Counted from the first letter of the whole stretch, positions 1-13,771 are shown. The stretch is 61,724 bases of DNA, filler included, from Choristocarpus tenellus KU-1152 (GCA_964200185.2; 11 parts of 11 records of this genome joined end to end with filler, not necessarily neighbours in it); one strand, 5' to 3'. Made by a program: numbers and translations. Notes: generated by a model not told the origin, from the letters alone.

Positions 1-21
1 CCCCCCCAGATACTTTGACCC
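1..21. mobile_element. MITE family B, terminal fragment
   Basis: CCCCCCCAGATACTTTGACCC is the reverse complement of the family B TIR. Confidence 0.8.
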
Positions 22-303
22 AAGAAGAACTACTTGACCTTGTTGCTAAATATCGACCTGTGTTTTCACTCACTTCTGAGGAACTAGGCTGTTGTAATAA
101 TACCAGTGTTGAATTTCCACTTAAACCAGGTACAGTTCCTGTGAATCGTCCACCATATTGGACCGCACCCAAACTATGTGAAACAATCCTTAGTTGTGTG
201 GAGGACATGGAAAATCAGGGAATAATTCAACCCTCCTCAAGTCCTTGGGCGTCACCGGTATCCATAGTTACAAAACCTGATCCTCGATTCTGTGTAGACT
301 TTA

Positions 304-562
304 GAGTAAAGGTATCTTAGAGGGTAGGGCCGCGTCCATTTGGGGACCAAAATCCAATGTTGTGATTTTGATGTAATTTTGGCTATCGTGTTTGTTAATA
401 TGTGTCAACATCCTTGTTTCGGACACACCTTTTCGTAACGTATACATTTTGCCTACTCTGAAACAATTTGGAGTGTGAAAATGTCACAAAAGAACTCATG
501 GAAAGCCACGCTCCAAATGGACAAACAGGGCAAAACTCGTACCCTCTAAGATACTTTTACTC
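304..562 (+). mobile_element. MITE family A (~255 bp), TSD TTTA, inside the Gypsy RT
   Basis: TIRs GAGTAAAGGTATCTTAGAGGGTA / TACCCTCTAAGATACTTTTACTC; removing the element and one TSD restores the RT frame CVDFRLSLNK. Confidence 0.95.
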
Positions 563-2914
563 TTTAGGCTCTCATTGAACAAAAATTTGGTAGGTAATCC
601 CTGGCCGTTATCATCTATGGAAGATTGTTTGGGTACATTAGGGGGAGAAAAATACTTGTCATGTCTTGATGTTCAGTCAGCCTACTGGCAACAACCCATC
701 ACCGACGCCAGCGAACGCCCAGAAACTGCCTTTGTCACACCGGATGGAAAATGCGAATTCAAAAGGCTACCCTTTGGTGTTGCTAACACACTATGGATAT
801 ACCAACGCTTCATGTTAGAAAACGTTTCAGCTCTAGGACCGAGTATGGACTTACTCATTTATCTTGATGACATTGTACTAGCCTCCCCAACGTGGAACCA
901 TCGTATCCAACTCTTTGGGAGCGTATTGTCGTTACTGCAGCAAGTAGGAATAACCCTTAAACCATCTAAAGTCCAATTTGGCTCAAAATCAATTTATTGT
1001 CTGGGGCATGAAGTCAGCCCCAGTGGTATTGCTGTGTCACCAGATCGAACCCAGGCTATTACCACTCTGAAAGCCCCTAAATCTGTGAAAGAATGACAAT
1101 ACTTTCTAGGTTCCATGGACTTTGTTAGGAAATACATTCCCCATTTGGCTACAATAACTGAACCCCTGGTGTCACTTACAAGGAAACCACAAAAAAGTCT
1201 GGAAGAGACAAAAGTCAATCTCAACTATGGGGACAATCACAACAAAATTCTCTTATTGATTGTAAACTTCTATTAACTATGGCGTGTTAAGCTTTCCAGA
1301 TTTTACTCAGGAGTTTCACGTGGACGCTAGTGATGTTGACATGGGAGCTTTCTTGGCACATAAAAATGAGGACAATAATTTCCAAATTGTAGCCTACCAT
1401 GGTGCTCTTTTAAAGTCAACCCAAAGACAATATTCAGCATCTCAGAAAGAATGTCTGGGCGTCATCCTTGCCGTAACACATTAGCGCCCATATATTTGGG
1501 GTAAGCACTTTACAGTAGTAAGTGATCATTCGGCATTATGTTGGTTACATACAATGCAAGATACTTCCAATATGTTGACCAGGCGAGCCTTAGCCTTACA
1601 AGCTTTTGATTTCACAATTTTACATAAACCGGGACATTTACACTACATTTCGGATATGTTATCCCGGACACTGTTGGAGGAATTTATGTTGGATGAAACA
1701 CCACTTCCACTAGCCCCACTGTGCCACAATATAGGCCAAATAGAGTCGGATGTCTCCACACCCAAGATTTATCCTGCATATGATCTATCGGTGGATAAAC
1801 TAGGTGAAATTACAGAGTACGAAACGATATGGAACTATTCACTAGCGCCGTTAATGTTTTCCCAACAGTGGATCCTGAAGTACTATTCAAAGCTCAACAA
1901 ACCCAATATGGAGAATATTTCAAATATCTGGCTACTCCAGAAAAAGCCTTTTTACCAAGAAACGAAACAATGTATACCGTGTCTTACTTTTTCACCCAAG
2001 AAATGGAAGGCAAACAGAAGTTATACAAATCGTATCAACCTGGTCACCTTCGAAAGAATGATAAATTCTGAGATCAATTGGTGATACTCACTGAGGTACA
2101 AGGTTTAATACTCCATGCCCTTCATGAACATAAGGTCTCAGGACACCTTTCATTCAAGCACACTTTTGACCAGATTCGTGACCGTTTTTGGTGGCCCACT
2201 TTACATAAAGATGTTCGAGCTTGGCGTGAAAGATGCCAATCATGCCAGAGCCGCAAGACAACAACCCCTTCTAAGCTATCAAACCCTCCAGGGCATATGC
2301 CAGTAACACGCCCATTTCAGAGAGTGGCAATTGATTTGGTGAAATACAAAAATCAATCAGAGAAAAATAAATACTTACGTCTTGTCTGCTGTCGACCATT
2401 TAACGAGGTTTGCTTTGCTCAGTGCTATCCGTGACAAATGAGAGGCAACTATAGCAAAAACATTAAAAGAACGAGTGTTTTCTATTTTAAGTGCCCCGGA
2501 AACCTTATACTCAGACCAGGGTAAAGAATTTGAAAATAATCTGATCCTGGAACTCGAAAAGATCTATGGATACAAGAAAACAAAAGCAACATCATATCGA
2601 CCTCAAGGCAATAGCATTCTTGAAAGGATTCATAAGACAATGCATGGCATGCTAACTATGCATTCCCATATGAAGCAATTGGATTGGGCGTCATTATCGC
2701 CTTTTGTGCAACTGGCTCAATACCGCTTAGCTCACAATACCGCTTATAATACCACTGTACAAGAAGCTCCCTTTTATTTTAAGTTTGGGAGACGTCCCAC
2801 ATTACCAATCGATATCATTTTGGGAGAACCAGAGGCCATGCCTATTTCTACCCAGGAGTAGAGTAAGCAAACAGTGGATACTTTTCAAGTGGCATATGAA
2901 CTGGCTAGACAGAA

Positions 2915-3169
2915 GAGCCAAAGTATCTTAGAGGGTAGAGCTGCGTCCATTTGGGGGTCAAAATCCAGTGGTGCGATTTCAATGTAATTTTTGCTATCGT
3001 GTTTGTTAGCAAGTGTCAATATCCTTGTTTCAAACACACCTTTCCATAACACACATTTTACCTACTCCGAAATATTATGGAGTAGGAAATGTCGTAAAAT
3101 CCCTGAGGGAAGCCAAGCACCAAATGGACAAACAGGGATAAACTCGTACCCTCCAAGATACTTTCACTC
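2915..3169 (+). mobile_element. MITE family A, TSD GAA, inside the Gypsy integrase
   Basis: Both TIRs present; excision restores AYELARQNIGEM. Confidence 0.95.
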
Positions 3170-4087
3170 GAATATTGGTGAGATGGCTTTGCGCAATGAG
3201 TCCAAGGCTACGGAACACATCATTCCTACTTTTGAAGTTGGTGCCAAGGTGTGGCTACACAAACCCCATACTTCGGCAGACGCTCCTAACACCAACTTAC
3301 TGTCCCCGTGGACAGGACCATATGAAGTAAAAGAGAGGATAACTCCGGTAGTCTACCATGTGAAGGCGCAGGTCAACTGTTGAGAAATCACTGTGCATAT
3401 AGCACGACTTAAACCACACAAAGAGGGCAACCCTCCTGAACCAGACATTTACTCTCTTCATTATTTATTTTGGGCAGAATAATACCTGAACCAGATATAG
3501 AACAAGGTTTGAGTGTTCAACCAACTTTACTTTGTTGAGGCATTGCAGACCATAAACCTGGAGTGGGTCGTAAATCCCCACATAACTATTCATACCAGCT
3601 TAGATTTAGAGGTTTTGCTCCAGGTAGCGATGTCTGGTGGAAAGCAAAAGAAATTCCTCAGTGTGCAGAGATGATTGAAGCATACAGATCACGACACAAT
3701 CTGGATGTTTCTCCTGACCAAAGTGTACTGATGCTAACGTCTTCAAAAGCTCCCTGTGACCAAGGTGTACTGACGCCAGAGTCTTTTCAATCTTCTCCAC
3801 CACCCTCTGCCACAATAGCCGAGGAACCATCACACTCTTCACAATCACACCTGGCTCAATCAATTGCTACCATCGTTGTCGAGAACATTCAACATGCTCT
3901 TGCTTTGAACCCTCGAGGTGATGTTCCTGTGACTACATCTACTACTCACAAAGTGGTTTGCCGGCCTGATACAACATCAGATTCCACTAAAGAAGTAGAG
4001 ATGAAGTTTTGAATCCTTTTTCAAGGCGAACTCGTGGACGATTTACCCACTAAGTTGCTGGCGTTTTTTCCTTAACAAGTGCACACA

Positions 4088-4250
4088 GGCTCGAAGTATC
4101 TGGGGGGGGGTTGCGACTGTTCATTTGGGGCTAATTTTTTCATGTCGCCATTTTTGGGTGATTTGATTCCATACGTCGGATGGATAATGAAAGCGCACTT
4201 TTCCTGGTTATGGTCCAAATGGACACCCTGGTGTAGATCCCCCCCCCCCC
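4088..4250 (+). mobile_element. MITE family B (~180 bp), truncated by contig end
   Basis: Starts GGCTCGAAGTATCTGGGG; body matches 15358-15533. Confidence 0.85.
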
Positions 4251-4350
4251 NNNNNNNNNNNNNNNNNNNNNNNNNNNNNNNNNNNNNNNNNNNNTTAATT
4301 AATTAANNNNNNNNNNNNNNNNNNNNNNNNNNNNNNNNNNNNNNNNNNNN
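4251..4350. other. Artificial contig spacer N44-TTAATTAATTAA-N44; also at 13195-13294, 20344-20443, 28328-28427, 31872-31971, 35335-35434, 39947-40046, 42804-42903, 46210-46309 and 50711-50810
   Basis: The same 100-nt six-frame-stop linker occurs ten times; sequence on either side is unrelated. Confidence 0.98.
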
Positions 4351-4508
4351 GGGGGGGGTCTACACCAGGGTGTTCGTTTGGGTCAAAGTCAGAAAAAGTT
4401 CATTTACATCATCCATCCGACGTATGCAACCAAATCACTCAAAAATCGCGACATGAAAAAATTGCCCCAAATGGACAGCCTCCGCCACACCCCCAAATAT
4501 TTTGAGCC
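4351..4508 (-). mobile_element. MITE family B, truncated by contig start
   Basis: Reverse-complement match to family B; ends ...AAATATTTTGAGCC. Confidence 0.85.
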
Positions 4509-6043
4509 AGTCCAACAGGTTTATGAAGATTGTGAGGGAGTGGTTGGCCCAGAATGTGACTTGTTTTTATGCCTTGCAGGGTCCTGGACTCTGACACTTC
4601 CAATCTTTAGTTAAGACCCTTTTACCCATTTTGAAGGTCAAATTATGTACAAACGCCATGGCTATGTACACGAACTTGCTTTGATCATTAATTTTTGCAC
4701 AGGCACGCACAAACCATCCCCAAGTACAGTCCATCCATTCTATCCTCGTATAGTCCCATCCTGTGTCTTTCCTCTTGACTGCTGGCTGATGGAGCTTCTC
4801 CTCTCTTTGAGGCACAGACCACACAGCCCCTCCTGTGCCTTTCTTCCTGATGCTGCTCCAGCACTGTGCCTGCTTAGTGGTAGATGTTCTCTTTCCTCCC
4901 CAGCACTTCCCCCATGGATTATCCAAGCACACAACCCTGTTCACAGATAGTGGTGCTGATGCATACCATAAACACTGCTGATGGTGTTGACTATGGGAGT
5001 TTGAGTCAGTGATGGATCTACCAACCAAAAGTTATGTTGTCTGAATGTTACGTTTGTGAATGTAATGCTGTATTTCAAATTATGTACCAGATGTGTTCGT
5101 TGATTGATGTTGTGCGATTCATCTTCTGTTCTAGATAAGCTATTCACACTAAACACAAGCAATTCATTGGTAGTTAATGTGGACGATTACAAACCCCGCA
5201 TAGGATAGGACAAAACTTTTCTCACTCTACTTGTTGAGTCAGAGGAATCGAGGCTAAACCCATCTTGTAGCTTGTAATGTACATATATTCACACAAAGTC
5301 TTTCTCCTGTGCCAGCACATCATTTCATCGAGGATGCAATGCAGATTGTTCAACAACCCCCAAGTATTCCTTTCTTTGTGATGTTGCTGGGGCATTGTGG
5401 TACTAACCGGCAGAACTCCACCTCCTCTTTCCACCCTGCTGCAGCCCTCAACTGTTACGCACTCACAGCATTACACCCTCCAACATACCCCGTATCCTGA
5501 TCATAGAAAGTCGGCAGTAACCCATTTCAGTTGTTCTGAGTGAGATACAAGAGTGCTTACCAGGAATTTTGCAGTTGTCTGAGTAGATGTAACTCTGGAG
5601 ATGGGTGTAATTCTTCTGACAATACTTCTACCCAAGACAAAACCACGCAACTTCCCTCTACACCTTTCCTCCTGCCTCGGTCCCAACACTGTGGCTACTT
5701 AGTGGTGCATGTTTTCCTTGCCTTCAATCCCCCAGCACACACCCCAAGGGTCTACCCAGGCACAGCTTTGCACCCGACAGTACCTCATCCTGACAATAGG
5801 TGGTCAGCAGTGAATCATTTTGGTTGTTGCAAGTGAGACATAGCATTGTTGCTTAAGCAGGATTATTGATACTCGACAAGATCCTTATATGTTATATGTT
5901 AATATCTGAGTGTGTTGTTTTCTGTTAAGACCTTGAATTGCACGAATCGGTGGTTCCGGTTAAGTGCTCTGCGTATCTGTGTAGAGGCTTGAATTGAAAT
6001 CTTGTAGCAAGAGGTGACCTAGTGCATAGAAGCAATTGGTGGA

Positions 6044-7313
6044 GAGTCAAAGTATCTTAGAGGGTAGAGTTGTGTCCGTTTGGGGGCAAGAATCCAATGT
6101 TGCAATGTTGATGTAATTTTGGCTATCGTGTTTGTTAGGAAGTGTCAGTATCCTTGTTCCGGACACTGCCTTGACCGGTCAACTGTCCATACAACTCCTC
6201 GATTTCCTCTACTGAAAAGGGGACTCGGAAAGAGTGAGTCGAATATTATACAGAAAAGAACTTGAGTGTTTGCATTGAATCCAATAGCCGGGAGACACAA
6301 GAAAAGACAGGGAGTAGATATACGTGACTCTGGGTGGGGAGTGCGGGCAACCAAGTTGGTATTCACAGCGACGAGATCAAGAACTTGTAGGGCTAAGGTT
6401 TCCAATGATTCCACAATCAATTTCTGGACCTTCCATCCGCCTGCTCACTTCCGAATTTCCTTCAACTGTTTTAGAAGGATGAGAAGGGATCATGCAGAGG
6501 TTAGGAATCAGTCTTGGAGTGTGGAATAGTAAGGAAACTCAAGATAAGACCATAGGAGCAAGGCTGATACTCGTCCAGGATCGGGGGAGCATTGAGAATG
6601 GCAACAACTGGGTCACCGGAAATAGTAATACAATGGGAAGGAAGATGAAAGCTGGAGACGTTTTTTGGTATACGTTAGGGCCAACAAAATAGACCCGGTA
6701 GTATGATATCGAAAAGTTTGGCAGAGAGTAGGAAGGATTGGGCGTAGCCAATGTAGGAGGTGCAACTGTGACTCAAAGGGGGAGGTCAAATTGATCAGCT
6801 TTGAAGTCTTCTAGCTCAAAGGTAAGTATTGAAGCGGATGGTGGAGGGGTGTTCTTGGATGAATATGGAGTGTTGTAGAGCGGTGTTGAGTTGGGTAGTG
6901 TGGTAGAAAATGGTGTAGTTTTTGTAGAAAGTGGTGGAAAGTGCTGTGGAGGAAGGTGAGTGCGGTAGAAAGTGGCGGAGGAAGGTGGAGTGGATTCGCA
7001 AATATTGGCCGCATTGGTTGGCGACTGGAAAACAGAGATGAAGGTTGGTCGCACTGCTTGATTATCGGATACGCGGGATTGGTCACATTGATGGTGACTG
7101 GATATGCGGAATGTGGCTGCACTGTCGGGTGAACGGAAATAAGTGGTGAAGATTGGTCGCGCTTGTGAGTGAAAGCACCTTTTCATAACGTATACATTTT
7201 ACCTACTCCAAAACATCTTGGGGTAGATAAAATGTCACAAAAAAAACGTGGGAAGCCAAGCCTCAAACGGACAAACAGGGCAAAACTCGTTACCCTCTGA
7301 GATACTTTCACTC
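6044..7313 (+). mobile_element. Composite MITE family A carrying a ~1-kb internal insert (6167-7175), TSD TGGA
   Basis: Left half 6044-6166 and right half 7176-7313 join into a full consensus copy; TGGA on both outer flanks. Confidence 0.85.
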
Positions 7314-9460
7314 TGGACTTAAATGTGATGCATCTTGCGATATGCTCTGTGAAGAGGCTGTCTGTATACTACGAACTACAGGACTTTTCTGTGCTGCAGT
7401 CCAGGATAGTGATGTATGCTCTGAGTAGGCTTGCGGGTGTGTTAAGTCTCCATGTACTCCGTCCAGCTATGTGTAGAGATACAATTATTGTAGAATTAAT
7501 TGGAATTCAGAAATGGGGTCAACATCTTCCAATATTTTTTGTTAGTTTGAAATACTAGAGTTTGGTGTACGAGGAAAACGTGAAAGAGACTCAAGTCTAA
7601 TTCTTAAGTCAACTATTATTGTGTGTTATGTACTCATCAAATCTGTTGAACATCTACCAAATGTGTGAGACCTCCTGTAAACCACGCAAAGTGCAACGAT
7701 AGGTCATGATCAGATACTGCACAGGGCAGTATGCATGTGATGTGGATACTTGCCAATCAAAGAATCATTACTAGTTGATGGTGCTGAACTACATATATGA
7801 ATCATGGACTAAGCAGCCCATGTTTCTACACTGCCCATGCAGAGTGCAACGGTAAGTTGCGGTATTTTACCATGCAGATTGGTGTACTACAATGTCGGTA
7901 ATTGTACACTAGGGAACATTACTAGTGGACAGATCAACTGTCGACACTAGTTGATGAAACTGTACTCTGGATCTAGGAATGACAGAGGGGGAGTAGTCTA
8001 TGTTCCAATGTTTTCTAGAGGGGGTGGATAGATACTATATATGAAGGGAAAAGAAGAAATTGCACATTACTGAGGTGTAGGGATCAAGCATGTAAGAGGG
8101 TGTTGAAAGGGACACCCAAATAAGAGCAATAAAGAACATATTTGCCCATCTGAGGCACGAATACGAGCACTGCAATTCAAATGGGGAATGCAGACCACAC
8201 TCCCAATATGTACAGCATAGGGAAACAGTTATGCGGTACTCTTCTTAGTCAATTTTTCCTTGTTGATTATTTTGTGTTTGCTGGAAGTGGAGGATGAGTG
8301 AGTGTCCTCTATTCTTGCCACCTCTACTACTAGGTCTGGGGGAGACCATTGCAGGTACGGATACCCTGAGCACCAAACCACTCTGTTCTATGTAGTCCTT
8401 CAAAGAGTACTGGCTTGCATCCCGAGGTGATTTGCGTTTCACATCGTTTGATTGGGGATCTACATCATCAGTCCAGGGCCTATCTCTTGTACCACAGGTG
8501 TAGGTTCTTTGAACCAGGAACCAGGCAGTGAGGAATGAACTCCACTCATGGCATACAGTAAGATTCCAACCTCATTTCTTCAACGTTTACACCAGTTGAT
8601 CTCCTCCATCCACCGCCCACACCTTGCTTACGCAATTCTTGATCCAAGCAAATCACCTTGGATGGACTTGAGCTACTTAATGAATTTATGACCATGCGAT
8701 GTAAAGAATATAGTTATAATCCGACCAATCATCTGTCCCGAGAGGGTGTAGTAGAGAGCGATCACAGGCTGAAATATAGTTTTGATTACTTTTTTTGTCA
8801 TGGAAGACAGAGCTGACTGTTTGACCCTAAAGTTGGAAAAAATGTAGTACACTCCCTTAATATATAGTATATTCTTGCTCAGTGATTACAGTGGAGAATC
8901 CGAAGCTGACATTATGTCTATGCTATTACTTGCGAACATGTTGGGCATGACGTTTTAGTTGCCCTCCTCTGAAGTCCCAAAGTTTTAACTGCTTGCTTCA
9001 AATAATGTGGCAGTTTGGCGAAGGAAATATTTACGAATATCCAATCTTGCATCTCATCATGGCTAATTATATCTTCCTGTATTTTGTCATTATCTATTTA
9101 TCAATACATGCTACGTGATCCTCACTTATCCTATTGTTTTCTTCCTCCATGCATTGATGGTATGGCAAACTGAAGAGAGAAACCTGAGCTGAGCAGAGAT
9201 TGGATTGATTAAGGAGGCTCTCTAATCTATTATTACATACAAAACACACTGTAGAAGGTTGGTAATTATAATGCTATGTGCACGATCCTGCTATGCCTCC
9301 AACCTTGGTTTAGGCTTCCACAAGTGGGCGAAGAGGTAGTGAAGCATCCCAAGAACCTGAAAAACCCCTCATACAATTGTGGGAAGATGATACGGTTCTC
9401 TTCATGAATTATGGTTGATAACCTTAGACTTTTTTGGTGTTACTTCAGATGTGGAAGAAA

Positions 9461-9531
9461 GTTCTTGTGTTCTTGTGTTCTTGTGTTCTTGTGTTCTTGT
9501 GTTCTTGTGTTCTTGTGTTCTTGTGTTCTTG
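9461..9531 (+). repeat. (GTTCTTGT)n 8-bp tandem repeat, about 9 copies
   Basis: Read directly from the sequence. Confidence 0.95.
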
Positions 9532-10636
9532 CCCTCTTCCGTTCTTGTGATATCTACTCGTCCTCGTTTCTCATCATCCAAGGACGGATTTACCTAGTTG
9601 GAGAGCGGAAAAGTAGTACTAGTACAAGAGTAATGAAACTCATCTTTGTATGCTTGGATGATGGGAGTAAAAGAGGCACATCGGAAAAACATGGAAACAC
9701 CAAAATTAAACATGGCCACAAATATAAATACTATGTAATATTCATCATTAAGACAATTCAACTTTTCATTTGCTGGTTGTTTCGGTAGAATATCATTATC
9801 AGTTGCAACAAAACATTCCTCCTTTTATATTTTCTTGCACTATCCACATGAGATTGATAATATATATATATTTCCTCTTACCAACGTATCCTATATGTAG
9901 GTGAACTTATGGTTTATAGGGCGATAGAGTAAAGTACAAAGAATAATATAGGACAATAATCAACAATCTTTTAAACAATGTTTCTAACTGATATTTTTAC
10001 ACATATTCACTTCTTAGAAAAAAGGCATCTGTAATGGTTACTACTCTGTAAAATCAAAAAAACAAAAATTATGATACTATTGATTAATGGTTGTAGTGTA
10101 AAAACACGTACACAAACAACGTGGGTCCCCATCCCCAGACTCTTTGATAGACTGTTTGGAAATGACATATTCAAGATAAATACTGACGGGTTGTTTCCAC
10201 TTCGTAGGTTGAGGGGTGGTAGGGGATAGGAATAGAGGAGGACCAACACAGGGAGCGGAGGAATCACTCATACAGGGCATGAGGTAGAAATGGGGAAATC
10301 GGAAGGAATGGCACTTTGTTGATCGACACCTACTGTGACTGCCCCCAACACGTTGGTCCTGTGGAAGGACGGTGGGGCATCTTCTGGCTTCTAGGTTTGC
10401 TTCGTTCCCTGTGAACGTAGTCAAGATTTCGGAAGCAAAACAACGGGACCTTCGGAGGAAAGGGAAAGGGAAGATTGGCTGTTTGTAGAAAGGAGGAGGG
10501 GCTTGTACTCTTGTTTGGTTCTGGGGAAGGAGATTAGGTACCTGTCTTGGTATTGCGATCGTTCTTGTTCCATCCCGTGCCTCCTCCTGCAGGCATTGCT
10601 TGGCTCTCTCTCAGGTGTTGCTAGAGAGGGATCGCC

Positions 10637-12244
10637 ATGTCGCATGCTCCGGCAGACTCGTCATACCTACACATCGAGGGCAGTTCTAGGGATGATACCT
10701 CATCATCATCTGCCGTTCCTCCCTCAAGGGTGGTGCCATCCCCTAGTAATTCTTCGCTCCATGTAGGACAGGGACAGGGATTGCAGCAAGGCACGGGACC
10801 AGGTGCAATGCCGAGTGGGATCAGTGTTCAGGAGCTGAAACAGATGACTGCTTTGAGGATGGCGCACGCCCAAGGACATCTCTATGTTGCCAACCCTTAT
10901 CAATATGGTGAGTAAGTTTTTCTGAAATATAGAAGGGGCATTGAGTTTCCTGAGGTTATATCAACGGACCACCCAAGTACCGAGGAGATATGGTTGGTCC
11001 GAAACGATTCGTGGAGGATATCTGCGTACTTGTTAATATCATGTATTCATTTCTAATACCAGGGTTCGTAATTCCGGATGCAGTGAAACGCCCATGTCGT
11101 GGTCTTGGATGATTTTCTCTATCGGTAAGATGTGCCGGATATCTCAGTCAACCATGTTGGCATACGACAAGAAGCCTGGAGAGTGGAAACCTGAGCACTC
11201 AAAGCTGCGATAGCACTGCCCTGCGTTGTAACGCAGGGTAAGACATCACCATCGCTTCCTGGTATTATCTAATCCCAAGTCTTTCTGTTCAGTCGTAAGG
11301 TGGGGAAAGAGGGAAGGGAATGGGGTTGGCCGTGAGTGACTTACTGACGTCATCCTAGATGTGTGATTAGTCAATGCTGGCCACCCTCTCTTGGACTCCC
11401 CACCTGGTTAGCGGAGTTCGAGAGAAGTATCTGTTGCTTCGAGCAGTATGCTTTCTGACCTTTCATTTTACCTGCGTGTGTGTACATGTTGGAATATTAT
11501 GCTACTTCGTGACTTTGCTCAACGTCTTGGGGCCAAAATACAAGAGGTCTAGATGCCAATCGATTGTCCTTGTTTCTTAATGCAAAAAGGAGAGCGATGC
11601 GGGGTATTCCTTACATTGGAGACACCCAACAATTTGAAAAGTGCCTCCATTCCTCACCCTTCCGTGATCTCACAGCCTGGGTTCCTGACAGTCATAATGC
11701 ATTTCAAGATTGTCTGAAATTTCTTGATTTGTGGGCCTGAACACACACGTTGCATCCTCCTTGTTGTGTTGTGTTGTTGCTCCTCTATCTAACGTGCAGA
11801 AACTACTGAGCATTGTGCCACAGTGGTCTCACCTGGTGTGACATGAGCAGTGTGTTGATTTGGAGACGAAACACAACGGTGTGTATACCTTTGCTGTTCC
11901 CATTGAACCCTGTCCTCTTTGCCTACACCTCACATACCTCCGTATCATTCTTGCGTTTTGTACCCTCTGTCTCCTGCCCCCTTTCCCTTGCATATGTAAT
12001 ATATGGGCAAACACTGTAACCCCTCGCCCTCAATCAATCAGTTCAAAAACGTGCGGTGTCTCCTGGGCGGCGATCCGTACCACCTGTAGAATCTCAGCGC
12101 GGGCGCCGTCACAGCATCTCTGGCAGTGAAACGCCTTCCTCTGGTGGTGGAAGAGGGACATCGCCTTTGCCCAAACCGTCTGTGCAAGTGTCGTCAACGA
12201 TGCCTCATGGCTTGACAGTACAGGAGCTTAAGGAGCTGACCAAG
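10637..12244 (+). CDS. Hypothetical protein, 5' part (exons 10637-10907 and 12042-12244), with a repeated G[IL][ST]VQELK..T motif
   Basis: ATG, GT-AG intron in compatible phase 1; MPSGISVQELKQMT and MPHGLTVQELKELT in successive exons. Confidence 0.75.
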
Positions 12245-12451
12245 GTATGTGGTAGGTTTGGAGGGAGCAAGCTGGGGGTAGAAGGTGTGTTGTTTGTAAG
12301 GGGTGGCTCGTGACAGGTATTGGTTTGACTGTTGAGAGAGGGGATTCCATCTTTTTGTGCGCGCCGAGGGAGGGTGTAAAATAAAAAAAGAATGGAGTTG
12401 AGTGGGAGAAGTGCAGGGGGGGGGGAGTGATAAGGGGAACAGATTTCATAC

Positions 12452-12452
<1 letters not shown>

Positions 12453-12490
<38 letters not shown>
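12453..12490 (+). repeat. (GT)n microsatellite
   Basis: Read directly from the sequence. Confidence 0.95.
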
Positions 12491-12493
<3 letters not shown>

Positions 12494-13771
12494 ACTGTAT
12501 GGTGTATTTCCTCTATCTGTGAAAATGTAAAGAAAATATGCTGCAAGTTTTTTGTTGTTGTGACAGACGGAGCAGCGGGAGTTTGCTTGAAAATAAACTC
12601 AAAATTTTCTGTGCTTCGAGCTATGTTTTACTTGAGTATCAAATAGGGTTTTAACCATTGATGTGAGTGCTTTACTTGACTGAGTGGAAGTGGTTGTAGG
12701 CTATGTACTTAGAAATGGATAGATATGATGTGGGCTGCTCTGGTTGTGTTGATTGGTGTGCTCACATAGGTGGGAGGGAGGGGGGGGGGTCTTAATGGAG
12801 CAACGGATGTTTTTTTTTATTACACTTGTGGAGCTGTTGAAGAGGGATTTATGACATCCTCCATTCTCTGAAAATGTGTGAAGAGATTTGGTTCCCTTTG
12901 TAAATCGTTCTGACTGCACTACTGCTTCTATTGTACAAATCCTTTCATAATTGCCAAATATTTTCTATTCATTCTGGTTGAGAGGGTGAAGGGGTCTCAT
13001 TTCCCTTTAGTTGATTTCTGGCGCCTGCTGTGTTAGACTTTCATTTTTTTTGGCAATGTACTGGGGTTGTTCACATTGTTTTGAACCAAAAAGAATTAAC
13101 CATTTCCTTCAAAGGTCAAATGGTTAAGAGAAATTTAAATTTACTTTATGAAACTGCTAGTGCACAAGGCAAGAGCCCCCCCCCCCCCCCCTCCNNNNNN
13201 NNNNNNNNNNNNNNNNNNNNNNNNNNNNNNNNNNNNNNTTAATTAATTAANNNNNNNNNNNNNNNNNNNNNNNNNNNNNNNNNNNNNNNNNNNNCCCCCC
13301 ATCCCTTCCCCCAGTGCTTGCGTGTAACCCCCTTGGTGCAGCAATGGTTGCAGTGGGTGAGGAAGTGAACTAAGGGGGAGAGAATGCTTTTGTATTTGGG
13401 AGCTGAACAAGCTTGCTTTTTGTTCTTTGCCACGAGACATTGGACTGGAGCCATTAGTGACATGAGGGGTGGTGCCAACTGACAATTTTTGTCACTACAA
13501 TGACGGGACATAATAATAATAATAAAAATAATAAAATTTGCTTGCTCTCCAACTTGCACTGGTCAGGTTTATTTCGCAGAGTGATGTGGTTTGTTAGGCG
13601 AGTGGTGTTTGAGTTAGGAGCTCAAGTGTTACTATTATTATTATTGTTATGTATGTATGTATGTGTTTCTACTACTGTTACTTCAAACTCTTCTTTATAG
13701 TAGTCAATGTATGTACACATTCAAGATTATCGTTGTTATTGTTATTATTATCATTATTACTAGTATTACAA

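Larger units (their letters stand above)
22..4012 (+). mobile_element. Degenerate Ty3/Gypsy LTR retrotransposon pol (RT-RNaseH-integrase-chromodomain), interrupted by MITEs
   Basis: RT motifs SPWASP, RFCVDFR, RLPFGVAN, YLDDI; RNase H VDASD..GA and QKECLGV; integrase HHCC (GHLSFKHT...CQSCQ) and SDQGKEF / YRPQGNSILER; PWTGPY; C-terminal chromodomain-like YQLRFRGF..GSDVW. Many stops and frameshifts. Confidence 0.95.

Noticed and set aside
2991-3170. Recurrent peptide '[18 protein letters not shown]' in several ORFs
   Set aside because: Translation of the non-coding MITE family A, not a protein domain
4251-4350. Recurrent TTAATTAATTAA palindrome within N runs
   Set aside because: Artificial contig-joining linker; adjacency across it has no biological meaning
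4088-4508. Apparent large inverted repeat across the first gap
   Set aside because: Two separate family B MITE copies on different contigs; assembly breaks in their G/C runs
4510-9400. Probable decayed retroelement sequence
   Set aside because: No diagnostic motif could be read with confidence
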